Shown here: positions 25,057 to 34,074 of the stretch, piece by piece
How the letters are laid out: the number at the start of each line of letters is the position of its first letter
Position numbering within the stretch: the first letter of the stretch is position 1
Virus record (IMG/VR): IMGVR_UViG_3300033406_000367
Location: 1 to 35,854 of that record
DNA length: 35,854 bases
Origin: a virus
Lineage: Duplodnaviria; Caudoviricetes
Reading direction: 5' to 3' (one strand)
Position numbers and translations under genes: made by a program
Notes under the pieces: generated by a model
Databases searched by the model: none
Told to the model about the DNA's origin: nothing
What the model saw: the letters and a program-made list of their open reading frames with translations, nothing else

Positions 25057-26514
25057 ATGATGATTCGTTACATCGGCACTGCGGCCGTTCAGGAATACAA
25101 ATACACGGGCGTGAATGCGCTGTGGCAGCCTGGGCAGAGCGCTATTGTTGATGGAGACAGGCTGAGCAAGTTGCTGGCGGTTTCCGGGTTTGTTGATGAC
25201 GAAATCGGGAGCGACGAGGTTGATGCTACTGCAAAGACTGATTTGCTTACCGGGGTAATTGATTTGTCGGCGGGCGCCCAGAAGCTCGGACCAATGAAAC
25301 GCCGGATTGCCCGATCGCTGATCGGTTCGCGATCGGTATTCCACGGCGCTGGCTTTACCGCTATTGGCGCGGCATACACGATCAACCATGAAATCGAGGC
25401 ACCGGCTCCGTTTGATTTCGTACGCGCTATCGTTTCAAACGGCGGTGCATCAGCCTACACGCTGGGTAATATCAAGTTCGCTGCCGCTGCCGCGTTCGGC
25501 GACGACGGCGCATCCCTAACTTGGGTTCAGGGTTCGTTTTCGGCGAATGGCTTGAAAAGCATGCCGCCGGCTACTGCTCAGACGCCGACCTCGTTTTCCA
25601 TCCCCGCCAAACAGTCAGGCTCTGGCTCCAATGTCGTGCCGGGTATCGCTCTGTCTGACTGGGCGCAGGTATCAAGCCTTGATCGCACTGATGGTGGGAA
25701 AAATCACATAATTCAATGCCGAGTGGCATTGCCGTCCGGCGCGAACATCATCTCTGTGTCTGGCGCGAATGAAGCCGCCGTCTTTGACGCACAAGCCGCC
25801 TCATCTGGTTTTCGCTTCCGGTCGTCGCTCGCGGCTGGCGACAATGTAACGACCATCGCAGCGCAGGCGGCAATCGCAAGCAATGGCTGGTTCGGCATTC
25901 AAGGGATTGAGTTTCTGCACCGCTCGGCAGCAGTACAGATCAGCGAATTTGGTGACTCGACGCAGCGAGGCCAAGGATGGACCGACCAGAATACAGGGCA
26001 CGTATCGCCAGGGTTCCTCGCTCAAGCGTCAATGAGTTCGCAGAGCAACCCGCTGTTTTACGCGAATCACTGTGTATCTGGTCAAACGTCTGCCGCGTCT
26101 CGGGCGACCGCTAAGTGGCATATCGCCAACGCCAATATTGATGTAGCGATTATTCCGTCTTGGTCAGCGAATGACACAGGTTCTGCCATCTTGTCGCAAT
26201 GGCCCGACATTCTGGCAACCGTAAATTATGCTCTGTCGCTTGGCGTTATCCCTGTGATCGTCAATGCGCTGCCTGAATACACGCTGACACTTTCGCAGGA
26301 TAACGAACGAAAAGCGTTGAATGCTCGGTTGCTGGCGCTTCGGTCTATTGGCGCCCTAGTAATTGACCGTGATTCCGTCATTACAGACAACGGCGCCCCG
26401 GCTCGACAAATTGCTGCGCTGACAACAGAGGGCCGCCATCCAAGCGCGGCCGGATATCAGCTTATCAAGGACAAGTACATTTTTGTGTTCAATCAAATTC
26501 AAGCGTCATCCTAA
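25057..26514 (+). CDS. SGNH/GDSL hydrolase domain protein (possible virion esterase)
   Basis: FGDS, SG, SAND and EGRHPSAAGY blocks; AAGGA RBS. Confidence 0.75.
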   Translation: MMIRYIGTAAVQEYKYTGVNALWQPGQSAIVDGDRLSKLLAVSGFVDDEIGSDEVDATAKTDLLTGVIDLSAGAQKLGPMKRRIARSLIGSRSVFHGAGFTAIGAAYTINHEIEAPAPFDFVRAIVSNGGASAYTLGNIKFAAAAAFGDDGASLTWVQGSFSANGLKSMPPATAQTPTSFSIPAKQSGSGSNVVPGIALSDWAQVSSLDRTDGGKNHIIQCRVALPSGANIISVSGANEAAVFDAQAASSGFRFRSSLAAGDNVTTIAAQAAIASNGWFGIQGIEFLHRSAAVQISEFGDSTQRGQGWTDQNTGHVSPGFLAQASMSSQSNPLFYANHCVSGQTSAASRATAKWHIANANIDVAIIPSWSANDTGSAILSQWPDILATVNYALSLGVIPVIVNALPEYTLTLSQDNERKALNARLLALRSIGALVIDRDSVITDNGAPARQIAALTTEGRHPSAAGYQLIKDKYIFVFNQIQASS

Positions 26515-26543
26515 TTTCAAAAACATTCCGCATGAACAAAACC

Positions 26544-26566
26544 AACCGCCTCCGGGCGGTTTTTTT
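26544..26566 (+). terminator. Rho-independent terminator
   Basis: AACCGCC-TCCG-GGCGGTT-TTTTT. Confidence 0.8.
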
Positions 26567-26614
26567 ACGCCTACCGATTGGCCTTAATCGGGTTTCTGAT
26601 CTTGGAGAAAGTCC

Positions 26615-27421
26615 ATGTCCGAAGCAGTAGAACTGCAACAGGCCGCAGTTGAACAAGCGCCTGCAAATGCCGAGCAACAACCGGAAACGGCACCGGAACT
26701 GCAGACCAACGCTGATACAGCGGAGCAGGCCAAGCAGGGCGACGATGACGAACATCGCGTTCCGAAGGGCGTGCAAAAACGTATCGACCGACTGACGCAG
26801 GAGAAATACCGACTCCGCGCCGAGCTTGATGTTTTGCGGCAGCAACAGCAGCCGCAGACGCAGCAGCGCCAGGAGCCGGCGCAGCAGAGCCAAGCCCCGA
26901 AACTGGAGCAGTACGAGAGCATTGAGGAATATCTCGACGCCCTCGCCGAACACAAGGCCGCGCAGAAAGCCGACAAGGTTTTCAAAGAGCGCGAGGCCAG
27001 CGAACGGCAACAGCGCCAGCAAACGGAACAGGCGAAGCTGCACGAAGGCTTTACCAAGCAGACCGAGCAAGCACGGCAGGCTTACGACGATTTCGACGAT
27101 GTTGTGGATAACCCCGACCTACCGATTTCTCAGGCCATGGCCGAGGCCATCATGCGCAGCCAGAACGGCGCAGACGTGGCCTATTACCTGGGCAAAAACC
27201 CTGAAGAAGCTCACCGCTTGGCAAGCCTCGATCCGTTCTCCGCGGCCGTCGAAATCGGGCGCATCGCGGCAACCGTTGTAAGACCGCAGCCCCGCAAAGC
27301 CTCAAATGCACCGCCGCCGATTCAGCCGGTCGGTACTCGCGCAGCCCCGGTGAAAGACCCGGAAAAGATGAGCACCGAAGAATGGATGAAATGGCGTAAC
27401 GACCAGTTGCGCAAGCGCTGA
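26615..27421 (+). CDS. Scaffolding protein
   Basis: Acidic, Gln-rich coiled coil (VQKRIDRLT; VAYYLGKNP) immediately before the coat gene. Confidence 0.8.
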   Translation: MSEAVELQQAAVEQAPANAEQQPETAPELQTNADTAEQAKQGDDDEHRVPKGVQKRIDRLTQEKYRLRAELDVLRQQQQPQTQQRQEPAQQSQAPKLEQYESIEEYLDALAEHKAAQKADKVFKEREASERQQRQQTEQAKLHEGFTKQTEQARQAYDDFDDVVDNPDLPISQAMAEAIMRSQNGADVAYYLGKNPEEAHRLASLDPFSAAVEIGRIAATVVRPQPRKASNAPPPIQPVGTRAAPVKDPEKMSTEEWMKWRNDQLRKR

Positions 27422-27444
27422 TCGACAACTGCAAACCAATCAAT

Positions 27445-27466
27445 AACCCGCTCCGGCGGGTTTTTT
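27445..27466 (+). terminator. Rho-independent terminator
   Basis: AACCCGC-TCCG-GCGGGTT-TTTT. Confidence 0.75.
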
Positions 27467-27485
27467 CATTTCAGGAGCAATACAA

Positions 27486-28673
27486 ATGCCGAATAGCATC
27501 CTTACCGCCCAGCAGATCACCCGCGAATCCCAGCGCATCCTGCACCAGAAGCTGAACTTCGTTGGCTCGATCAATCGCCAGTACGACGACTCTTTCGCCA
27601 AGACCGGCGCCAAGATCGGCGATACGCTGAAGATTCGCCTGCCGAACGAATACACCGTCCGCACCGGTGCCACCCTGGCCGCGCAGGACACCAACGAAGC
27701 GAGCGTGTCCCTCGCTGTTGCGACGCAGAAGGGCGTCGACATGAACTTCTCGACCGCCGAACTGACGCTGTCCTTGGACGACTTCAGCGAGCGGATCATT
27801 GCCCCGGCCATGTCCGTGCTTGCCGCGAACATCGAAGCCGATGCGCTGAGCATGGCGCTGGACGTGTATCAGGTGGTCAATAACATCGGCTCGGCAATCA
27901 CGCTCAAGAGCGCGCTGACCGCTCGCAAGCTGCTGGTCGATGCGCTGGCCCCGGGCGATGCCCGCACGCTGCTGCTGAACACGCAGGACAATCTGGACCT
28001 CGTTGATGCGCTCAAGGGTCTGTTCCAAGACTCGAGCGAAATCTCGAAGCAGTACCGCGAAGGCAAGGTCGGCCGTACCGCCGGCTTTGGCGATATCTAC
28101 GAGAACACGCTGCTCAACAGCCAGGCCACCGGTACCGCACTGAGCGCCACGACCTACACGGTCAACGGCGCCAATCAGACCGGCTCTGGCGTGATCGTGG
28201 CGACCGGTGCGACCACGTTCAAGAAGGGCGACGTTGTGACCTTTGCCGGTTGCAACCGCGTCCATCCGGAAACGAAGGTCGATACCGGTGTTCTGCAGTC
28301 GTTCGTGGTCACAGCTGACTATGCCGGTGGCGCTGGCACCCTGGCGATTTCGCCGGCAATCGTCACCTCCGGCGGCCGTCAGAACGTCGCAGCCTCGCCG
28401 ACCAACGGCGGCGCTGTCGTCAAGGTGGGTGGCGCTTCGGCGATCTACCGCCCGTCGCTGGCGTATCACCGTGACGCCTTCGCGTTCGCCTCTGCTGACC
28501 TCGAAATGCCGGAAGGCGTGCATTTCGCCGCCCGCGAGCAGGTCGATGGCCTGTCCATGCGGATCGTGCGTCAGTACGATATCAACAGCGACAAAATCCC
28601 GGCCCGTATCGATGTACTGTACGGCTACAAGACCCTCCGCGCTCAACTGGCAGCCCGCATCCTGTCCAACTAA
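27486..28673 (+). CDS. Major capsid protein (P22 coat family)
   Basis: N.ILT...IT, KIGDTLKIRLP, LAYHRDAFAFA and RIDVLYG. Confidence 0.92.
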   Translation: MPNSILTAQQITRESQRILHQKLNFVGSINRQYDDSFAKTGAKIGDTLKIRLPNEYTVRTGATLAAQDTNEASVSLAVATQKGVDMNFSTAELTLSLDDFSERIIAPAMSVLAANIEADALSMALDVYQVVNNIGSAITLKSALTARKLLVDALAPGDARTLLLNTQDNLDLVDALKGLFQDSSEISKQYREGKVGRTAGFGDIYENTLLNSQATGTALSATTYTVNGANQTGSGVIVATGATTFKKGDVVTFAGCNRVHPETKVDTGVLQSFVVTADYAGGAGTLAISPAIVTSGGRQNVAASPTNGGAVVKVGGASAIYRPSLAYHRDAFAFASADLEMPEGVHFAAREQVDGLSMRIVRQYDINSDKIPARIDVLYGYKTLRAQLAARILSN

Positions 28674-28689
28674 GCGCCAGCGCTGAACC

Positions 28690-28714
28690 AAGCCCCTCTT
28701 TGGAGGGGCTTTTT
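28690..28714 (+). terminator. Rho-independent terminator
   Basis: AAGCCCCTC-TTTG-GAGGGGCTT-TTT. Confidence 0.8.
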
Positions 28715-28732
28715 CATTTCAAGGAGCCGAGA

Positions 28733-28933
28733 ATGAACAACGAATACCCGAAGCAGCTTTACCGCAAAGGCTGGGATGACCTGAGCGACACCATCGTGGT
28801 GCGCAACGAGGAAGAGGAAGGCGATGTACGCGCCGAAGGCTTCCGCATGCTGTCCGAGCCGGAAGACGAGCAGCCGGAAACCCCGGAAGTAAAGCCGGCC
28901 CGCGCCGGCCGCAAGCCCAAGGCCGCCGAGTAA
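28733..28933 (+). CDS. Small protein downstream of the coat gene
   Basis: MNNEYPKQLY...; AAGGAG RBS. Confidence 0.7.
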   Translation: MNNEYPKQLYRKGWDDLSDTIVVRNEEEEGDVRAEGFRMLSEPEDEQPETPEVKPARAGRKPKAAE

Positions 28934-28939
28934 CCCGCC

Positions 28940-29635
28940 ATGACGACAGCGAACGACATCATTAACCGTGCGCTTCGTTCGCTGTCCGTGATCGGGCAGG
29001 GCGAAGCGGCAGACGCCGACCAGGCCGCCGATGCGCTTGTTTCACTGAATGACCTGGTGAGTTCGTGGGCGAATGAGTCCCTGATGCTTTTCCAGGTCGT
29101 GCAGGACGTTGTGATGCTCACGCCTGGCAAGAAGGATTACACCATTGGCGAGGGCGCTTTCGACATCAACACGGTTCGTCCGGTTGCCATCGATCAGGCT
29201 TTCATTCGGCTGAACAGCGCCGACTACCCGGTCAAGATCATCGATCGGCAGCGCTACCAATCCACGACACTCAAGTCGTCGGAGAGCAATATCCCGTCCT
29301 GGCTCTACTACGACACCGGTTACCCAGCATCGACCATTCGACTGTGGGCGGTGCCGACGCAGGCAAACGCCCTGCACATCGACTCGCAGAAGCCGCTGTC
29401 GTCGTTTGCCAGCCTGGGGGCTGTCGTATCGCTGCCGCCTGGCTATGAGCGCGCCTTGCGCTTGAACCTGGCTGCCGAACTGATGCCTGAATATCAGGTC
29501 CGCAACGACAAAATCGATGCGATGGCGCGGGAGGCCAAAGCCGGCATCAAGCGGGTGAATTACACGCCTGTGCATGCTACTACGCTTGGCATCGGCGAAC
29601 GCCGCCGCTACTCCATTTACTCGGACTCGCAATAA
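28940..29635 (+). CDS. Head-tail adaptor (P22 gp4-like)
   Basis: TANDIINRALRSL...DALVSLNDLVSSW...NLAAELMPEY. Confidence 0.75.
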   Translation: MTTANDIINRALRSLSVIGQGEAADADQAADALVSLNDLVSSWANESLMLFQVVQDVVMLTPGKKDYTIGEGAFDINTVRPVAIDQAFIRLNSADYPVKIIDRQRYQSTTLKSSESNIPSWLYYDTGYPASTIRLWAVPTQANALHIDSQKPLSSFASLGAVVSLPPGYERALRLNLAAELMPEYQVRNDKIDAMAREAKAGIKRVNYTPVHATTLGIGERRRYSIYSDSQ

Positions 29636-32391
29636 TGCGCCTACCTCTCGCCTCCGACCTCAAGTCCCGCGACGGCACTACCACCCGCGACGCCGGCAGC
29701 AAAAACGCGATCATCGAAACGAGCGGCGAATCGTCGGCGCTGCTCAAGCGGCCCGGCGCGCTGGCGCTTGGCGGCGTTGGTGTTGGTGAGGGCCAGCTTC
29801 TGGCCTGTTACAACAACGAATTGCGGGCGATTGTTGGCAATACGCTGGCCGATATCAGCATCACTTCAGGAATCGAGTACGGCAACAACTACGCCCTCCC
29901 GACAAGTAGCGGCCATACCTGGACCTCAATTGCGTTCGGAAACGGTATTTTTTTGGCAAAGGAGCAAAGCGGCGAGACGTGCGCCATTTCGTCCGATGGG
30001 AAAACGTGGTCGGCCGGCTCGGATGTCAGCTTTGTTTCTGATGGCATTTGGGATTCAATGGCTTTCGGGGCTGGTATTTTTGTTGCCATGACGTTCAACG
30101 ACTCGGGCGACAGGTACGCAACAACGCCCGATGGAATCACATGGACAACGCGAACCTTCCCGGCAAACCTGAATGCATCGGCGCTTCGGTTCCTGAATGG
30201 ATTGTTCGTCCTAGGCAATTCGTCCGGAGGCGTATATACATCGCCTGACGGGATAAACTGGACCGCGCAAACGCTTGCCGGATACCCGGGCGGCTCGCCA
30301 GTAGCCAAGGACTTTACGTTTGGGGCGGGCATCTATGCCATGTACGGATTTTCATCAACGTCACCGGCAAGCAGGTACGTTTCAAAAACAGCCGATTTCG
30401 TTACCTGGACGCATACGCTTGTTCCATACGCTTGCGAAAACATCGTCTATGACGGCGCATTCATCCTGCCCGGATCGGCCTATTCATACGACTGCGTCAC
30501 ATGGTCGGCGGCCAGCGGAATTCCGGGTGCGATTTCCAATGTCGCCGAGTGTGCCGCCGCGCTCAATGGCTCAATTGTCGGAATGTTCGGTGACATTGAT
30601 GACAATGCATATTCCTACATCTCGACAGACTCGGGCGCAACGTGGAGCCAGCTAAAGGCATACGGTAGTTCGAACTGGTGGATTGCAATTGCTGCCGGAA
30701 CCGTCGGCGGCCTGGATACGTTTGTCGCCGTTTCTGACTTTGGCGACTGGGCAACGGTAGCCCTGCAAGGTAGTTCCGAGCCCGCCGCCGTAGTTGATAG
30801 CTCTCAGCCAATCACCAGCCTTGAGCCATCGCTGCGCTTCTTCGCCGAAGTGTCCGGCCAGGCGCAGAGCCAGAACGTAATTTTCCTGAAGAACCGGAAA
30901 GAGGCCTGGACCTACGACGGCACGACGCTGACCAAAGTCACGGATGCCGATTACCCGGGCTGGTCGGTTGTCACGCCGACAAGCATTACGCGCTCCGGCG
31001 CCGTTGCCACAATTACGCTGCCAGCCGCAGTGAATTGGCAATCCGGCTCAAGCGTTACCGTAGCCGGCTGCGATCAGGCCGAGTACAACGGGACGCACGT
31101 TATCAACGTGACCGACGCGACGCATTGCACCTTCCCGGTGACTGGCACGCCGGCCACGCCGGCAACAGGCACGATTACCGCAACCGGTGGCCGGACGACG
31201 GTTCCTGGCGTGGTCTATCTCGACGGCTATTTCTTCGTGATGGACGAGGACGGCACGATCTACAACAGCGGCCTTGGCGATGCTACAGCCTGGGGTGCGC
31301 TGGATTTCATCACCGCCAACATTGAGCCGGGCAGCGGCATTGCCATCGCCAAGTCGCAGAACTACGTCATTGCCTTGAAGGCGTGGTCGACGGAATTCTT
31401 CTACGACGCAGGCAATGCAACCGGCTCTCCGTTGTCGCCCGTGCTGTCGGCCTTTACGCTAGTCGGTTGCGCCTCGGGCGATTCCGTCGCCAACATCGAC
31501 GGCACGGTCGCCTGGGTCAGCAAGACGCGCCAGAAGGGCCGGGCGGTGCATCTGATGAACGGCCTAACGCAGACTAAGGTCAGCACGCCGGACATCGAGC
31601 GCATCCTGAACGCCGACACGCTGGCAAACGTCTATTCCTACGGTGTGAAGATTTCCGGCCATACCTTCTATGTTCTCGGCCTGAAGGCCTCGAATATCAC
31701 GCTGGTCTATGACCTGACCTCGGGGCTGTGGACGCCGTGGACCAGCCTGACGGCGCGGACGGCGAAGGCCTGCACGATTGTTTCGGATGGTGGCGTTGCA
31801 ACGGCGACGTGCGCCGACCACGGACTGTCAGACGGTGACCCGGCGAAGATTGCCGGCGCGGCGCAGGCGGAATACAACGGCGATGTGCAGGTCCGCGTGA
31901 TCGATGCCAACACCTTCCGCTATGCAATCGAAGGCGCGCCGGCCAGCCCGGCGACCGGCTCGATTACCGCCACCGGTTACGACGAGACATATTTCAAATT
32001 CACGAAGTACGCCTACTGCTCGGGTCGCGATCTGGTGCTGCACGAAACAAGCGGCGAATTGTTCGAAATCACCGAGTCGCAGTATTCAGACGGCCCGGCG
32101 CCGATCAACTTCATGTGCCGCACCGGCAAGATCGATGGCGACAGCATCGAGCGCAAAACGAATTCTCAACTGAAGGTGATCGGCAACAAGAGCGGTGGTA
32201 TTGCAATGGTGCGTTGGTCCGACGACGACTACACCACGAACGGGGCATTCCGGCCCGTAAATCTATCGTCTGAGCAGGCGCGGCTATCGCGCCTCGGTTC
32301 ATTCCGGCGCAGAAGCTACGAACTGCGCCACGTCGGCAATGCGCCCGTACAGGTCGCGGCGCTGGAACTCGAAATTCAGCAGGAGAAATAA
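29635..32391 (+). CDS. Tail hub / packaged-DNA stabilisation protein (gp10-like) with inserted domains
   Basis: VYLDGYF, GHTFYVL, TLVYDL...W and VRWSDD...RLGSFRRR motifs; Asp-box-like repeats and a duplicated insert. Confidence 0.75.
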   Translation: MRLPLASDLKSRDGTTTRDAGSKNAIIETSGESSALLKRPGALALGGVGVGEGQLLACYNNELRAIVGNTLADISITSGIEYGNNYALPTSSGHTWTSIAFGNGIFLAKEQSGETCAISSDGKTWSAGSDVSFVSDGIWDSMAFGAGIFVAMTFNDSGDRYATTPDGITWTTRTFPANLNASALRFLNGLFVLGNSSGGVYTSPDGINWTAQTLAGYPGGSPVAKDFTFGAGIYAMYGFSSTSPASRYVSKTADFVTWTHTLVPYACENIVYDGAFILPGSAYSYDCVTWSAASGIPGAISNVAECAAALNGSIVGMFGDIDDNAYSYISTDSGATWSQLKAYGSSNWWIAIAAGTVGGLDTFVAVSDFGDWATVALQGSSEPAAVVDSSQPITSLEPSLRFFAEVSGQAQSQNVIFLKNRKEAWTYDGTTLTKVTDADYPGWSVVTPTSITRSGAVATITLPAAVNWQSGSSVTVAGCDQAEYNGTHVINVTDATHCTFPVTGTPATPATGTITATGGRTTVPGVVYLDGYFFVMDEDGTIYNSGLGDATAWGALDFITANIEPGSGIAIAKSQNYVIALKAWSTEFFYDAGNATGSPLSPVLSAFTLVGCASGDSVANIDGTVAWVSKTRQKGRAVHLMNGLTQTKVSTPDIERILNADTLANVYSYGVKISGHTFYVLGLKASNITLVYDLTSGLWTPWTSLTARTAKACTIVSDGGVATATCADHGLSDGDPAKIAGAAQAEYNGDVQVRVIDANTFRYAIEGAPASPATGSITATGYDETYFKFTKYAYCSGRDLVLHETSGELFEITESQYSDGPAPINFMCRTGKIDGDSIERKTNSQLKVIGNKSGGIAMVRWSDDDYTTNGAFRPVNLSSEQARLSRLGSFRRRSYELRHVGNAPVQVAALELEIQQEK

Positions 32392-32393
32392 CG

Positions 32394-33173
32394 ATGGCTA
32401 TCAATGCGCCTTACCCGGTGGCAAAGCGGGCGGCTGTAACGGCGAAGCTGCCGAATTCTGGTGTCGATACGGCGCTGGCGTCTCAATTCGGATGGACGGA
32501 TCAGGGCAATGGCGTTTTTCGTAAGGGCGCCATGACCATGACTGCCGGCGAACTGAAGCCGCAGCTTCAGCGCTGGTCGGCAATTCAGAACGCTTCCAAT
32601 CCGGCCAGCTATAACGCTGGGGTGGATTATCAGGCAGCGGTCAGCCCGTACCTGTCGAACGCGACGAATCAACTCAGTGCGGCCACTTCGCTGATCGGCA
32701 GCGGGCCGGCGGCAGTGACGATGAATAACGAGTACGAAACCCGCCTTCGTCAATTGCTCGAAAACCCGGACTCCGTCGCCAACACGGGCGCCTATAAGTT
32801 CGCCTTCAACCAGGGTCAGCAGGCGATTGAGCGTAGCGCCGCAGCCAAGGGGATGACCGGCAGCGGCAACGTGCTGGCCGAGCTATCGAAATACGGCCAG
32901 GGCATGGCCTCGCAGCAGTACGACAAAGAAGCCGACCGCCTGGCCGGGCTGACCGGCACGCAGAACAACTACCTGCTCGGCCTGCGCTCTGCCGCGACGA
33001 ACGACTACAACGCCCGGGTGAATGCTGCGAACAGTGGCACCAATAGCCTGGCCAGCCTCGGCAATCTGGCACTAAATGCCGCCAAGGCCAAGTCGGAGGA
33101 CTACTGGAACGCCAACCAGCTTGCCTCGAATAACCTGCTGTCGTCCGGCTACGGCAAGCAATCCGTCTGGTAA
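32394..33173 (+). CDS. DNA ejection protein (gp7-like)
   Basis: YKFAFNQGQQAIERSAAAKG..GSGNVL.EL.KYGQGMASQQY. Confidence 0.7.
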   Translation: MAINAPYPVAKRAAVTAKLPNSGVDTALASQFGWTDQGNGVFRKGAMTMTAGELKPQLQRWSAIQNASNPASYNAGVDYQAAVSPYLSNATNQLSAATSLIGSGPAAVTMNNEYETRLRQLLENPDSVANTGAYKFAFNQGQQAIERSAAAKGMTGSGNVLAELSKYGQGMASQQYDKEADRLAGLTGTQNNYLLGLRSAATNDYNARVNAANSGTNSLASLGNLALNAAKAKSEDYWNANQLASNNLLSSGYGKQSVW

Positions 33174-33183
33174 GGGGAGAGCC

Positions 33184-34074
33184 ATGAACTACCTACGCAA
33201 CAACATGACCGGCAAGCAATACGAATTCGACTCGGTGCCGGCCGGCGGCCAGCAACAGAATGCCTTGATGCCGGACTACTCGCAGCCGATCGACATTGGC
33301 GGCATGGGCAAGGGCTACCGCGTCAAGGGTGATCCGTATTCGGTCATGCTGCAGGATGGCCGCGCCGTGCAAATCGGCGTCGATGCCGAGGCGACGAACG
33401 CGCGCCAGAAGCAAAACCTTGAGCTTGAGCGGTCGCGCCTTGGGAATAAGCTGCTTGAAGCGCAGATTGCCGCGGCCGGGCAGAAGGATGCCCCGACGTT
33501 TCAGCATGTCGATACGCCGAATGGCGCGATGGCATTCAACCCGAAGACCGGCCAGATGATGCCAATCACGGCGCCGGGCGGAGGCGCCATCCCGAACAAA
33601 GAGCAGATGCAGCGCGGCAACGACGCGACGGCCGTTATGGAACTGACCGACCAGGCCGGCCCGCTGATCGATAAGGCGCCCGGCAGCTACCTTGGCGCTG
33701 CAGCCAACCAGGCCGGCCGCGTGTTCGGCCTCGATACCGATGCGACCAAGGCGCAGGCGCAGCTCGACGTGCTGTCCGGCTCGCTGGTTTCGAAGATGCC
33801 GAAAATGTCGGGCCCGCAATCCGACAAGGATGTTGCGCTGTATCGGTCGATGGCCGGCAACTTGAACGATCCGACGCTGCCGTCGTCGGCCAAGCAGGCG
33901 GCCATGAAGACGCTGCGCATGCTGAACGAAAAATATGCGACCGGGTACAAGCCCGGGGCGGCCGCTGAACAGCCGGCTCAATCCGGCGCGATGCGCCCGG
34001 GAAGCGTCGAAGATGGTCATATGTACCTTGGCGGCGACCCGGCGAGCCCGGCAAGCTGGAAGCGGGTGCAATAA
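33184..34074 (+). CDS. Probable DNA ejection protein
   Basis: Position, Ala/Gln/Gly-rich composition, GPQSDKD and C-terminal GH.YLGGDP..P.SW motif. Confidence 0.6.
   Translation: MNYLRNNMTGKQYEFDSVPAGGQQQNALMPDYSQPIDIGGMGKGYRVKGDPYSVMLQDGRAVQIGVDAEATNARQKQNLELERSRLGNKLLEAQIAAAGQKDAPTFQHVDTPNGAMAFNPKTGQMMPITAPGGGAIPNKEQMQRGNDATAVMELTDQAGPLIDKAPGSYLGAAANQAGRVFGLDTDATKAQAQLDVLSGSLVSKMPKMSGPQSDKDVALYRSMAGNLNDPTLPSSAKQAAMKTLRMLNEKYATGYKPGAAAEQPAQSGAMRPGSVEDGHMYLGGDPASPASWKRVQ

Noticed and set aside
27471-28691. 406-aa minus-strand ORF and similar long antisense ORFs (e.g. 3064-3687, 33193-34161)
   Set aside because: Shadow frames of well-supported genes in GC-rich, codon-biased DNA.
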